Part shown: positions 9,848 to 21,875 of the stretch, piece by piece
Layout: every line of letters starts with the position of its first letter
Position numbering within the stretch: the first letter of the stretch is position 1
Assembly: GCA_030390025.1 (NCBI GenBank)
Contig: CM059432.1
Coordinates: forward strand, 17,422,001-17,486,000
Direction of reading: 5' to 3'
DNA length: 64,000 nucleotides
From: Squalus acanthias
Lineage: Eukaryota
The notes under the pieces: generated by a model
Databases searched by the model: none
Told to the model about the DNA's origin: nothing
Seen by the model: only the letters and a program-made list of their open reading frames with translations
Program-made: the position numbers and the translations under genes

Positions 9848-10699
9848 AAGAAGGACTCTCAGGGTCCTGCGGTACAGGCCACCTTACCGGCTGCCCAATC
9901 AGTCAGGAGTGGGGCAGAGGGTTATTTTCCTTCCCTTGCGCAACGGATCCTACCAGCACTCTGACTGAGACCAGCTGGCGAAGAGAAACCGGGGATCGAG
10001 TCTTGGACACTCCTGGCCTGCACGCCTCCATTCCTGACTTGTCAGGACACTTAACATTTCAGCCATTAATGGCGAATCCCTCACAAACTCTTAAAAAGTG
10101 TTCCTTGTTATTGGAAATAAAAGTATAAGAACAACCAGTCCAAAAGTGCGGTTGGAATTTTTATTTAAAACGGTGTAAAAAGGCAGTGTCATTTGTACTA
10201 TCATTTCCTCCTGTAATTGATAATGTATAACATAAAAACAAAACTGATGTCTGAAGTCCACACTTAATAAAGTGGTGTCGTGTCATGTACTAAGGATGCA
10301 TTTACACGACAGCAGGTTTGCAGTGTAAATCCAGAGTCAGGCTCCGAGCTGACCCTTGACTGAAGTGGAGCGAGACTCCTCAGACAAACCGCTATTCACG
10401 ACGGTTACTGTTGCAGCAGAAATGGGGATTACTTAGGAGTGAGGTCAACATTAGAAATAAAGGTGAAGATTTCCCAATTTCAGGTGGATCTGGAGCAGGC
10501 AAAGGCGGAACATCAGGCAGAGAGCCATCCTGACAGCTTCCCACTGCTCCCTTTCACCTCCGGGATTTTCTGCCGGCAATGATGGTGAGTGCTGAATACG
10601 TCGGCCAAAGGGGCGTATTGAAATTGGCCAGTAACGACAGAGCGATGTCCCATTTTCCGTTGTCGTTACGACACATGGGAAAGGATCTTTATAATAAAC

Positions 10700-10873
10700 A
10701 AGCCCTCATCACATTTAAAAAGTACTTGGATATGCACTTGAAGTGCCATAACCTCCAAGGCTACGGACCAAGTGCTGGAAAGTGGGATTAGGGTGGATAG
10801 CTCTTTGTCGGCCGGCACGGACAAGATAGGCCGGATGGCCTCCTTCTGTGCTGTAAATTTCTATGATTCTATG
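10700..10873 (+). mobile_element. CR1 LINE 3' end
   Basis: TFKKYLDMHLKCHNLQGYGPSAGKWD C-terminus and a TTCTATGA tandem tail. Confidence 0.8.
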
Positions 10874-11829
10874 AAGCCCTGTAGAGGAGGGCAATGCATT
10901 GCGGAGTGTGATCGATTAGACTTCCAAACCCCACGAATGTTAGTATATTTTAGGAACTTGGCCTTCTTCGTCGTTTGCCGGTCAGCTGACCCCGCTCCGC
11001 TGCTGCTACAGCCTGAGGCCTACAGCCACCATTTTCTTCCCCCCTGAGTCAAGCTCCCCGGCACAGGTAGGAATATTACCTCAACTTTCCACCGCCTTTC
11101 CACCAAAGCGGAAAATCGAGCCTGAATTTCCTGCCTGGTGCATTATGGAAATATATCCTGGGTTCTTCGGGAGAGGAGGAGTGAATATTGGGCAAAGAAA
11201 ACAAAACCCTGCCCAGCGGCCTTTATTTGCTCGTTTAACAGCAGGGCAATTATCAACAACAGATATATCTTTGTAGTTGACAAGCTATGGAATGGCCAGT
11301 GGGAGGAAAAAGCAAACATGATTAGCATTAGCTATGTGATCTGAATACATCTTTGTGATATTCATATCAATAAGAGTTCTTTAAGATCTTATTGAACCTT
11401 ATTTCACCAACAATCCTACTCTAAAGGATTGCAATAGGGTGAAAATAAATATAGTTTGTGTTAAAGTTGGTTCACTTTCCCCTTGATAGATTTAGATTAT
11501 AGAATCCAGTGATTCCGGAGCTATTCTTTGATCCTCAAATATTAGAATACAATTTAGTATTTTTCCATGTTTTTATTTAAAGAAACTAGTGGTAACCTGC
11601 TTACCAATGATCTCATGCTGAGATGAACATAATCATTCATTTTGATATTTGTGAAGACATCTGACTCTGACATTCCACACCCCCTCCTTCCCCTTGTGTC
11701 TGCCTGACCTGAATCTGCCTCGATTCACAGCATCAGGGCATTTGCTGTGGTGTTGTCCTGGTTGTTGTCCAAAAGCAGCAACCACAAAGTCTAAAGCTGT
11801 GAGGAGCCAAAGGATTCCTGCAAAAACAG

Positions 11830-12963
11830 AAGAACATAAGAATTAGGAGCAGGAGTGGGCCATACGGGTCCTCGAGCCTGTTCCGCCATTCAATAAGATC
11901 ATGGCTGATCTTCGACCTCAACTCCACTTTCCTGACCGATCTCCGTATCCCTTGATTCCTCTAGAGTCCAAGGGGGAAAAATTCAGTTGGTTGCGCCTCC
12001 CGTTAGCGCCTTAAGAGGGCGCTAATGGGGCGCAAATCATCTAGCGCCCAGGCGCGGCGATGTTTGCGCCGCTCGCGAAATTAACTAGACATTTTGCGGC
12101 GGTGCTAAACACTACCGCCACGATCTCCTGCGCCAGCAGATCGTGACGTCAGTCGAGTGCGCAATGCCCCGGTATCGCCCTGGAGCGGATATTGAGTGGC
12201 GCCCCCTGCCTTACTGCCTGACGCTAGCAACGACAGGTTGAGGGGAGCGTTTTGCAGTCATGAAGGGATGGGGGAGCGCTATTTAAAGGCGACCGCTTCC
12301 TGCCTTTTATTGTTGGTGCCATTTTTGAACCACGCATTCTGAGAGAGAGGGAGAGAGACTTCTGGAGAGATTCAACGCTGTGTGAAGGAGTTTTGGGTAC
12401 TGAGCAGCACTTTGCAGGTTCATTTTGATTTGCCATTCCTTGTATCGATTTAGAAGAGACTGTGGGGGCTGCACTCTGAGCTCTTTCCCTGGTACTCTCC
12501 ATTGTTCTTTCCAGCAGATTTGATGTACAGGTCTCTCCAGGCCGAGATTCAAGGCTGCAATGAGCAGGATGTGGATGGAAAGCAAGATCAACCATCCCCT
12601 TTAAGAACTGGCCCGTGCCATTGTGTGTGTGTTCCATTGCTGACTGATATCACATGAGCTTCGCCCGCGCTCTGAGGTAGCGCCTCGCTCCTCAGCCTTT
12701 GCGCTTTAAGACAGGTGAGAAGCGCCTGATTTACCGCGCCAATCACCTCCAGGGGCGATAAAAGTCAAGTTTGCAGTCGGTGGCGATAATTAGCGCCAGG
12801 CGCTAATCTTTGCGCCTGGCCGATAATTGCGCCCCAAATGGGGCGATACTGAATTTCTCCCCCCAAAAATCTATCTATCTCAGCCTTGAATATACTCAAC
12901 AATTCAGCATCCACAGCCCTTTGGGGTAGAGAATTCCAAAGATTCACAACCCTCTGAGTGAAG
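11830..12963 (-). mobile_element. CR1 3' end split by the MITE at 11972-12863
   Basis: AACATAAGAATTAGGAGCAGGAGT tail; NLWNSLPQRAVDA...FKAEIDRFL continues across the MITE. Confidence 0.85.
11972..12863 (+). mobile_element. Non-autonomous PIF/Harbinger element (MITE family A)
   Basis: TIRs GGGGGAAAAATTCAGT / ACTGAATTTCTCCCCC and a 3-bp TSD (CAA). Closely similar copy at 17086-17954. Confidence 0.85.
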
Positions 12964-14127
12964 GAAAAAAAAGGGCCTCTTTGCTTTTTGAACTTTGTTT
13001 GCCTTGTTGCCTTCCCCTCTCAGGGCCAGGAACTGTGGCTTCTTCAAGCACCACAGTGTAAGATTATCATGGATTAGTTGCTTTTTAGAATACTTGCTTT
13101 ACTATCTTATAATCATCTGTACCTTATAATCATCAGTAATGGATTTATAATCATGCGTAAGAATTAAATATAAAAGTCTGTAATCATCAACTGTATGCAA
13201 TGGTAACCTGAATTATGTGTGGCATGTAACCCTTTTTCTTATGCTTAAAAGTCTGTGAGTAAGCTGTAACCAGACAACCTGGGGTGAGAAAGAGATTGCC
13301 ATGGTAGAATAGACTGCAGTTAGCCTGGGAACCAAGGTTAGCTGTAGTTACCACTGTGCTGGAATGTTATAACATCTGCAGTGAATTTAAAACAAAGGCC
13401 AAGAGCAAGGGCCGTATCTCAACCTATGGAGACATGTTCCTTTTGTATAGCCATAACTACCCCAGATATGAGTCTTGATGGTCAAAGACAGATGATGTAA
13501 CAGTATCATGGGTGATCAACCTACACTTTGCCTGTTGGATGGGCACAGCATTCCTTGGGAGAAGCCCTGGAAAACCTGGCTAATGTAAAGGAGGCACGCC
13601 GGGTCTCCATCCACTTTTCCTCTCTTCTGTACCTGGGCATGATTATTCCTCAGATGCATTGGAGCGGAAGATTGAGCCTTTGACTTTTGAAGATACATCG
13701 TTGTCTGGTGACGTGGTCGTGGCTGGTTGAAGGTATTAATAGGATCTGGTGGCTTGTTCCATTTTGGTTTTGGGAGCTTCTTGACTGCGGGGGCTTTATT
13801 CTGTCACTTGTGAGAAGTGGCTCATCCCGTGTTTCCTCTTCTGAATCACTGAAGCCCTCAGGAGTGTGTAAATCCAGGCTGGTGCCCATTCGAAGTCATG
13901 GCGATAATGTTTAGTGCTGTGGTAAGTCTTGTTTCTGACACCAATAAGCTTGCTACTCCTGGGGTTGTGGCATAATTGTAAATAGAAGAAAAAGGCGCAT
14001 GGTAAGTATATGCACATAGTTAGGCATGTACTTCCTGCAGAGACAATACATGGCATATTTGACCATGCATCAGAGTCACTGCTTAATAATAACAACAACT
14101 TGCAGGTATAACTTCAGCCACTGGACA

Positions 14128-14580
14128 AAGGACAAAGTAGCCCGCTTGATTGGCACCCCATCCACCACCTTAAACATTCACTCCCTCCACCACCAGCGTA
14201 CCGTGGCTGCAGTGTGTACCATCTACAAGATGCACTGTAGCAACTCGCCAAGGCTTCTTCGGCAGCACCTCCCAAACCCGTGATCTCTTCCACCTAGAAG
14301 GACAAGGGCAGCAGGTGCATGGGAACACCACCACCTCCAAGTTCCCCTCCAAGTCGCACGCCATCCTGACTTGGAAATATATCACCGATCCTTCATCGTC
14401 GCTGGGTCAAAATCCTGGAACTCCCTCCCTAACATCGCTGTGGGGAGTACCTTCACCGCACGGACTGCAGCGGTTCAAGAAGGCAGCTCACCACCACCAC
14501 CTTCTCAAGGGCAATTAGGAATGGGCAATAAATGCTGGCCTTGCCAGCGACACCCACATCCCATAAACGAATTAAAAAAA
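14128..14580 (+). mobile_element. 3' end of a CR1/L2-supergroup LINE (family distinct from the main CR1s)
   Basis: DKVARLIGTPSTTLNIHSLHHQRTVAAVCTIYKMHC, 3' UTR with AATAAA and an A-tail. Further copies at 16633-18190 (split), 18961-19030 and 53177-53497. Confidence 0.7.
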
Positions 14581-14582
14581 AA

Positions 14583-15120
14583 CTGGAGAGTTTCCCCCCG
14601 ATTCCCCATTGACTTCGGCCGCATCCATGCCTGGAAAATTAAGCGAAGCAAGCCCGACACCTACTCCGCTCAAATCAGGCCAATTTCCTGAGCGGCCTAA
14701 AACAGGTATTAGACCCCTCATTAGCATATGCCAGGGGCCTAACATCCACGAACTTGGCTTCAAAGGGACCTGGTGTATTCCTGGTGAGAGCATGTCTTGA
14801 TAGAGGACATGGGACCCACCTGATGGTCAAGGCTGGGATCAAGGCCTGGACCCCAAGGAAAAAGGGAGGTATTTAATTAAAACTTTTTTTTTAAGAGTGC
14901 CTCCTTGCCGAAGGGGCTGCTGGGTGCAACGTCAAGAAGGTTACTGTGTGACCCCTGACCTGGGTCCCGGAGCTGCAATTTATCTGCTGCTGTCCTAGAT
15001 GCACCTGTAGTGGTGCATGCACCCACTGGGGACATGTACATGATTAGACTTCCACCTGACCTCGCACACTCTGGTGGGGTCAGCGGCAAAGGTCACTGGC
15101 TTACTGGGCAAAATTTCCAG
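14583..15120. mobile_element. Degenerate MITE (Harbinger-like)
   Basis: Imperfect TIRs CTGGAGAGTTTCCCC / GGGCAAAATTTCCAG. Confidence 0.45.
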
Positions 15121-16013
15121 GTGTAGGCTCTTCATCATAAGTGGAAACAGTAAGCCAAGCAAGTCGCTTAATGGAGCGTGGGCAAGAGTACAAGAGATTG
15201 ACGTCAAAAAGTCAGCAATTCCGACACTTCTCCGAGACAGGAGTTAATAGGCAAATGGCCAACCTTTTTGGAAAACCTGAAAAGTGGTGAATGATATAGG
15301 AAATCATCTCAATAAGGTAATAAGATATCATTAGAAGAATAAAAGGGCCTAAATGTGGCAGGCAGGAAGTGTGCATATGCATAACCTTTTATAATATTGC
15401 GGATGTAGATACTCCCATCTCTCCTATGGTGCTTAACGCGATGAGTGAAAGGTTACACTGTTGCAAGGGGGAAGGGAGAAGGGTGCAGATCTCCAGTGAA
15501 AGAATTTGGAAAGAAGTTTACAGGAGATCTCACCAGAGACAGTGAAGTAACTGTTTTTAATTGGCTCCTGGAAAATAAATAAATAAATAAAGATATGGAA
15601 GATAAAGACCAGAATCGTCGGCAGCATTGTAATTATTGTTCTTCTGTGTGGTGTGGAGGACTGGAGGATCTGAAGGAAGTTGAGAAATGTTAATTGTTCT
15701 AAAGCAAATATATAAGGAGATTTTGACGATCCATTGGTAGCAACAAATGACTGAAGGGGAGATAAGAAGAAACAGATAATCTTCCGTAATAAGGAAAATG
15801 AGACTTTGTCAATCGACATTCTATGGCAGTGTGTTGAGAACGAATAGTAGATGTCTCTCTATACAAGCCTTGGTCTGGCAACCACAAGAAAGAAGGTGCC
15901 TACAGAGACTGAGACCAATAGATTCGGACCAATTTTGAGAAACGTAAGCAATCGTAATCACAATTAATGAAATGCCAGGAAGAGTTCAGGTCAGAAATGG
16001 ATGGTAGCCCTAT

Positions 16014-16636
16014 TGTCTATCAGAGGTTTGAGAAAGATTAAGAAAGAAAGACTTGCATTTATATAGCGCCTTTCATGACCAGCGGACATCTCAAAGCGCT
16101 TTACAGCCAATGAAGTACTATTTGAAGTGGAGTCACTGTTGTAATGTGGGAAACACAGCAGGCAATTTGCGCACAGCAAGGTCCCACAAACAGCAATGTG
16201 ATAATGACCAGATAATCTGCTTTTTTTTGTGTTATGTTGGTTGAGGGATAAATATTGGCCAGGACACCGGGGATAACTCCCCTGCTCTCCTTCGAAATAG
16301 TGCCATGGGATCTTTTACGTCCACCTGTGAGAGCAGACGGGGCCTCGGTTTAATGTCTCATCCGAAAGACAGCACCTCTGACAGTGCAGCACTCCCTCAG
16401 CACTGCACTGGAGTGTCAGCCTAGCTTTATGTGCTCAGGTCCCTGGAGTGGGACTTAGAACCCACAACCTTCTGACTCAGAGGCGAGTGTGCTACCCACT
16501 GAGCCACAGCTGACACTGGTTAATTAATTAAGTATGTTTGCTGTGCCACATATTGGTTATCATGAGTTGAAAGATAGGTCACGCAGAATAATATTTCTCA
16601 ATATCTAAAACATGTGGGTTCGTTGGGTTATTCCAA
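16014..16636 (+). repeat. Left arm of a ~620-bp inverted duplication (partner 18342-18960)
   Basis: Near-identical reverse complement, including the non-SINE flanks on both sides of the embedded SINE. Confidence 0.95.
16040..16517 (-). mobile_element. Full-length tRNA-derived Deu-domain SINE (SacSINE1-like)
   Basis: tRNA-like head (GTGGCTCAGTGGGTAGC...GGGTTCTAAGTCCC), Deu-like core (GTCTTTCGGATGAGAC..AAACCGAGG..AAAGATCCCATGGCAC) and tail GGCGCTATATAAATGCAAGTCTTTCTT. Confidence 0.85.
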
Positions 16637-16705
16637 GTCATATACCATTCTGACTTGGAGATATATCGCCATTTCTTCATTGTCAAAATCCTGGAACTCC
16701 CTACT

Positions 16706-18048
16706 TAGAACATAAGACATAAGACATAGGAGCAGGAGTAGGTCATTTGGCCCCTCGAGCCTGCTCCACCATTCAACAAGATCATGGCTGATCTGATCTT
16801 GGCCTCAACTCCACTTCCCTGCCCGCTCCCCATAACCCTTGACTCCCTTACCTTTCAAAAGTCTGTCTATCTCCACCTTAAATATATTCAATGACCCAAT
16901 CTCCACAGTTCTCTGGGGAAGAGAATTCCAAAGATTCACAACCCTCTGGAAGAAGAAATTCCTCCTCATTTCTGATTTAAATGGGTGCCCCCTTATTCTG
17001 AAATTATGCCCCCTAGTTCTAGATTCCCCCACAAGGGGAAACATCCTCTCTGCATCTACTCTGTCAAGCCCCTTCAGAATCTTACGGGGCAATAATTCGG
17101 TTGCTTTGCGTCTCTCATTAGTGCCCTAAGAGGGCGCTAATGGGGCGCAAAGCAACTAGCACCTGGGTGCGGCAATGTTTGCACCGCTCACGAAATTCAC
17201 CAAACATTTTGCGGTGGTGCTAAACACTACCGCCACAATCTCCTGCACCCGCAGATCGTGACGTCATCGAGCGTGTAACGCCCCGGAAGCGCCCCTGACC
17301 AGATATTGAGTGGCGCCTGCTGCTAGCAACGACAGGTTGAGGGGAACGTTTTGCAGTCGGGAAGGGACTGGGGGAGCGCTATTTAAAGGCGGCCGCTTCC
17401 TGCCTTTTTTTGTCGGCGACATTTTTGCACCACGCATTCTGAGAAAGAGAACGACTTCTGGAGCGATTCAACGCTGCGTGAAGGAGTTTTGGGTACTGAG
17501 CAGCACTTTGCAGGTTAATTTTGATTTGACCTTCCTTGCATCGATTTAGAAGAGACTTTGGGGGCTGCACTCTGAGCTCTTTCCCTGGGCCTCTGTTCTT
17601 TCCAGCAGAATTGATGTACAGGTCTCTCCAGGCCGAGATTCAAGGCTACAATGAGCAGGGTGTGGATGAAGAGCAAGAGCGACCCTCCCCTTTAAGAACT
17701 GGCCGGCGCCAGTCTGTCTGTATTCCATTGCTAACTGACATCACATGAGCTTCACCAGCGCTCTGAGATAGCGCCTCGCTCCTTGGCCTTAGCACCTTAA
17801 GAGAGGTGTGTAGCGCCTGATTTAGCGCTCCAATCACCTCCAGGGGTGATAGAAGCCAAGTTTGCAGTCAGAGGCAATAATTAGCGCCAGGCGCTAAACT
17901 TTGTGCCCGGCCGATAATTGTGCCCCAAACGGGGCGATACCGAATTTCTTCCCCTGTATGTTTCAATAAGATCCCCTCTCATTCTTCTAAACTCCACTGA
18001 GTATAGGCCCAACCTGCTCAACCTTTCTTCATGAGACAACCCCTTCAT
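16706..18048 (-). mobile_element. CR1 3' end split by the MITE at 17086-17954
   Basis: KILKGLDRVDAERMFPL...RTRGHN...NLWNSLPQ; ACATAAG tandem tail. Confidence 0.85.
17086..17954 (+). mobile_element. Harbinger MITE family A
   Basis: Colinear with 11972-12863; ends GGGGCAATAATTCGG / CCGAATTTCTTCCCC; degenerate 3-bp TSD. Confidence 0.85.
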
Positions 18049-18341
18049 CTTAACAGCACTGTGGGAGCACCTTCATCACACGGATTGCAACAGGTCAAGA
18101 AGAATATCCACCAGCACCTTTTCAGGGCGACTAGGAATGGGCAATAATAGCTGGCCTTGCCAGTCACGCCCACTTCCCGAGAATGAATTCCAATAAGTCT
18201 CTGGCACAATGCTATGACTGGCCACCAGGTGGTTGTAGAGGGCAGGTCTCCCTTCCTATGTAGAAGTATGAGGCCTCTACTTACACTACAGATTTGGCTT
18301 CCAAGATTGCAGTTACATCACGCTGTTGCTTTAGTTCCTTA

Positions 18342-18960
18342 TTGGAATAACCCAACGAACCCACATGTTTTAGATATTGAGAAATATTATTCTGCGTGAC
18401 CTATCTTTCAACTCATGAGAACCAATATGTGGCACAGCAAACATACTTAATTAATTAACCAGTGTCAGCTGTGGCTCAGTGGGTAGCACACTCGCCTCTG
18501 AGTCAGAAGGCTGTGGGTTCTAAGTCCCACTCCAGGGACCTGAGCACATAAAGCTAGGCTGACACTCCAGTGCAGTGCTGAGGGAGTGCTGCACTGTCAG
18601 AGGTGCTGTCTTTCGGATGAGACATTAAACCGAGGCCCCGTCTGCTCTCACGGGTGGCCGTAAAAGATCCCATGGCACTATTTTGAATAAGAACAGGGGA
18701 GTTATCCCTGGTGTCCTGGCCAATATTTATCCCTCAACCAACATAATACAAAAAAAAGCAGATTATCTGGTCATTATCACATTGCTGTTGGTGGGAGCTT
18801 GCTGTGCGCAAATTGGCTGCTGTGTTTCCCACATTACAACAGTGACTCCACTTCAAATAGTACTTCATTGGCTGTAAAGTGCTTTGAGATGTCCAGTGGT
18901 CATGAAAGGCGCTATATAAATGCAAGTCTTTCTTAATCTTTCTCAAACCTCTGATAGACA
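18342..18960 (-). repeat. Right arm of the inverted duplication (contains a Deu-SINE at 18461-18934 on +)
   Basis: Reverse complement of 16014-16636. Confidence 0.95.
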
Positions 18961-19528
18961 GAATGGTGTGTGACTTGGAGAGGAACTCGGAGGTGGTGGT
19001 GTTCCCATGCGCATGCTGCACTTGTTCTACTATATGGTGATAGCAAATCCTCAGCCTTTCCTCTTGGCCAGGGAAGGGACGTCTCAGGAAAGGGTTAAAG
19101 ACAATAAGTTACATTTAAAAAATAAAATAATCATATATTTGGTATTTAATATTAGATTCACATTGCTCATTCATTTATTCACTAAGTATGTTTAAAGGTT
19201 GATTATTTCTATTTCTACAAAGGCTTTTCCCCTCGTTAGTTTTCTCTTGAAGATGGTAACTCGTGCTGGTTTCCCCCAAGCATTTTGATCAAGTGGTCAT
19301 TCTTCAGATGTGAGCCAGGTCAGCAACCTATCCAGTCCTAGTAGGGAACGTGGCATTATATATAAGCAAGCCTGATTCTCCAGCTGAAGTGTATGCATGC
19401 ACACTTCCCAACAGGTGTTACATGATGGAGCTGATTTTTCTCCCCCTCCTTAACCTCCAGACGCTGATGTTAATTGTTCCCAGTGCATTTTCTCACAGCC
19501 TTCAGGGAGATACAAATGATATTAGAAG

Positions 19529-21240
19529 GTGTCAACCGTGGTTCAGTGGTAGCGCTTTTGCCTCTGAGTTAGTAGGTCATGGGTTCAATCCCCACTCCAG
19601 GGCGGTGTAAGGGGGTGGTGTTTTTGTGTCAGCTTTACCTCTGACTTCTGAGCGGTTCGAATCGCTCCCACTCCCTTGGTTCTAGACCCTGGACTTATTT
19701 GGGGGTTGTGATACAAAGGTGCAGCAGACAACTGAGTTTGATGAAAGAACTTCGATCTTTATTCAAGAAAATAAAACACAACACAAACACTCTTAACACT
19801 CTAAAGGTGGGGAACACTTCGGTACAAGCGAGGGAAATAACATTAGAAGAATACTTCACCCCTCCCAATCCCACTTCACTAGCTAGGTTGGACTCTGGAG
19901 AACCAGGGATAATGCTCACCAAACGAATCCTTGACAGTTGAGAGTTAGGGTTTAGAGTCTTTTGAGTAAAAAGTTTTGTAAGGCCCTTGTTGCCGCGAGG
20001 TGTCCGATGGTCACTGAGGCGGTCGCTCTGGTTTCTTCTTGCGTGTCGGCCTGCTTCTGGAGCTGTTGGCCTTCTTTGTTGAACTGTTTCTGTTGAACTC
20101 TGCCTCTGTTTAAACTGTCTTCTTCTGAGCTGTGGAACTGCCTTCTTGCAGAACTGTAACTGTCTTCTTGCAGAACAGGCTTTCAATTGAACTCCAACTG
20201 CAGAACTGCCTTCTGTTGAACTTGAACTGTTGTTACTGGAGAACTCGAACTTGTAACTGTTGTCACTGCTTGATGGGCCTTCAATTATACTAAATTGAAG
20301 TGGCCTTAATCAAAACCAAATCAAATCCCGGTCATTGTAAGACCACATTAACAGTAACGACTTTACTAGCGTGTTAACTGGTTTTGTAAATGTGTGAAGT
20401 GGTTTCAGGATAGCTCCATCCTGTCGATCTGCTGTTTAATCGGAGTTTGAATTGTCCTCATGTTTTGGGTTTCTTGACTGGGTCTAGGACTTCTATAGAA
20501 TATTTGCTTTATGCATGTCTTTAATGGGTTCTGTAAACGGTTTGATGGGGCCTGTTGTTTTGGGTGGGACTGCCTTCTCCCAGGGTCTATTGTCAAAATG
20601 TTAATGCATGCTGGGGCTTTGAGTGAGATCATTCCGGTTCCCCAGACAAGCAATTAACTGCAATACCCAAAACTGCTCTTACAGAGGTCGAACCTAATTT
20701 CCTTCACAGCCTTTTCTCCCTTTACAGGCCCAGACATGTTTTTAAAATGCCAAAACTTGGTTTTTGGTCTTAAATTCCTTATGTTAGGCCCAAATGCATT
20801 TTTATCACTCTGAGGTAGTTCCAAAGTCCTTTTTCCTTAGGTTTTGGGGATCTGCAAATTTTGGAAACCTTACAGCGGTGCATATAATCTAGACTTAGTT
20901 CTAGTATTGAAGGATTGCTGTACTGTCAAAAGTGCCGTCATTTGGGTGAGATGTTAAACAAGACCCTGTCTGCCCTCTCAGGTGGACGTTAAAGTTCCCA
21001 TGGCACTATTCAAAGCAGAGTAAGGATGTCCTGGTGTCCTGACTAAGATAAATCCCTTAAACAAAATGTTTATCTGGTCATTTCTCTCGTTGCTGTTTGT
21101 GGGAGCTGGCTGTGCGCAATTCGGCCATGCATTCCCCTACATTACAACTGTGACTACACTGCAAAAGTATTTTAATTGTCTGTGAAGCATTTTTGGATGG
21201 TCTGAGATTGTGAAAGATGCTATAAATACAATTCTTTTTG
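19529..21240 (+). mobile_element. Deu-SINE interrupted by the solo LTR at 19606-20874
   Basis: Head at 19529-19605 (GGGTTCAATCCCCACTCCAG); body and tail resume at 20875. Confidence 0.75.
19606..20874 (-). mobile_element. Solo LTR (1269 bp), same superfamily as 5507-6883
   Basis: TG...CA termini, 4-bp TSD GCGG on both sides; shares the TATA block, GTGAGC block, AATAAA and U5 with the other LTRs. Confidence 0.92.
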
Positions 21241-21875
21241 TCTGCCCACTACGGCGATGAACGTTTAAGTAACAACAGTGAGCAGGAATGTGATTCCCCT
21301 CTCGGCGGAATACACTGTTCAGGTCGGTATACAAATTTGTAACCACAAAAACAAAATGATTGATTACGCAACCAGTGAGATACATCAAACACAACTGGCA
21401 AAGCACCATAGAGCCAACAGCCCATTTTAACTATTAGCTTACCTGGTACATGATCATTTAAATTAGGCCCGAGCAGGAAAATGGCACAGGCCCCGTGCCA
21501 ACCAATGTTCCCGCTGCTGCGTAGTGGTCTGGAGGTCCCGCGCAGGTCGCTCACTGGCTTTTAAATGGAAGAAACTGCGCCGGCGCGAAAATTTGAATGG
21601 GCTGCGCAGTCACTTAAAGGGACCGCGCACGAAAAAAAACCCCAGCCAATGAAGTACTTTCTGAAGTGTAGTCACTGTTGTAATGTGGGAAACGCAGCAG
21701 CCAATTTGCGCACAGCAAGCTCCCACAAACAGCAATGAGACAATGACCAGTAAAGAGAGAAGAAAGTTGTGAAAGAAAAGACAAAAGTAATATACAAGGA
21801 CATGCAGAACAGACTCTAATTTCCTGAGTTGTTTTTAATTGTAACTAGTAAGCTGCAATACAATCCCAGATTATT

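Larger units (their letters stand above)
5507..9890 (+). mobile_element. Defective retrovirus-like LTR element (provirus): 5' LTR, PBS, gag, readthrough stop, internally deleted pol; no 3' LTR
   Basis: TG...CA LTR homologous to two solo LTRs, PBS immediately downstream, CCHC Gag, and remnants of protease, RNase H and integrase. The 3' boundary is approximate. Confidence 0.88.

Noticed and set aside
13516-14098. Cluster of short ORFs and two GTAAGT donors in apparently unique sequence
   Set aside because: No recognisable protein motif or consistent exon frame; cannot be supported without RNA data.
15433-15819. 128-aa hydrophobic ORF
   Set aside because: AT-rich low-complexity sequence, non-ATG start and no recognisable family.
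18461-18535. tRNA-like sequence with A and B boxes
   Set aside because: It is the head of a Deu-SINE that continues into SINE body and tail, with no proper acceptor stem.
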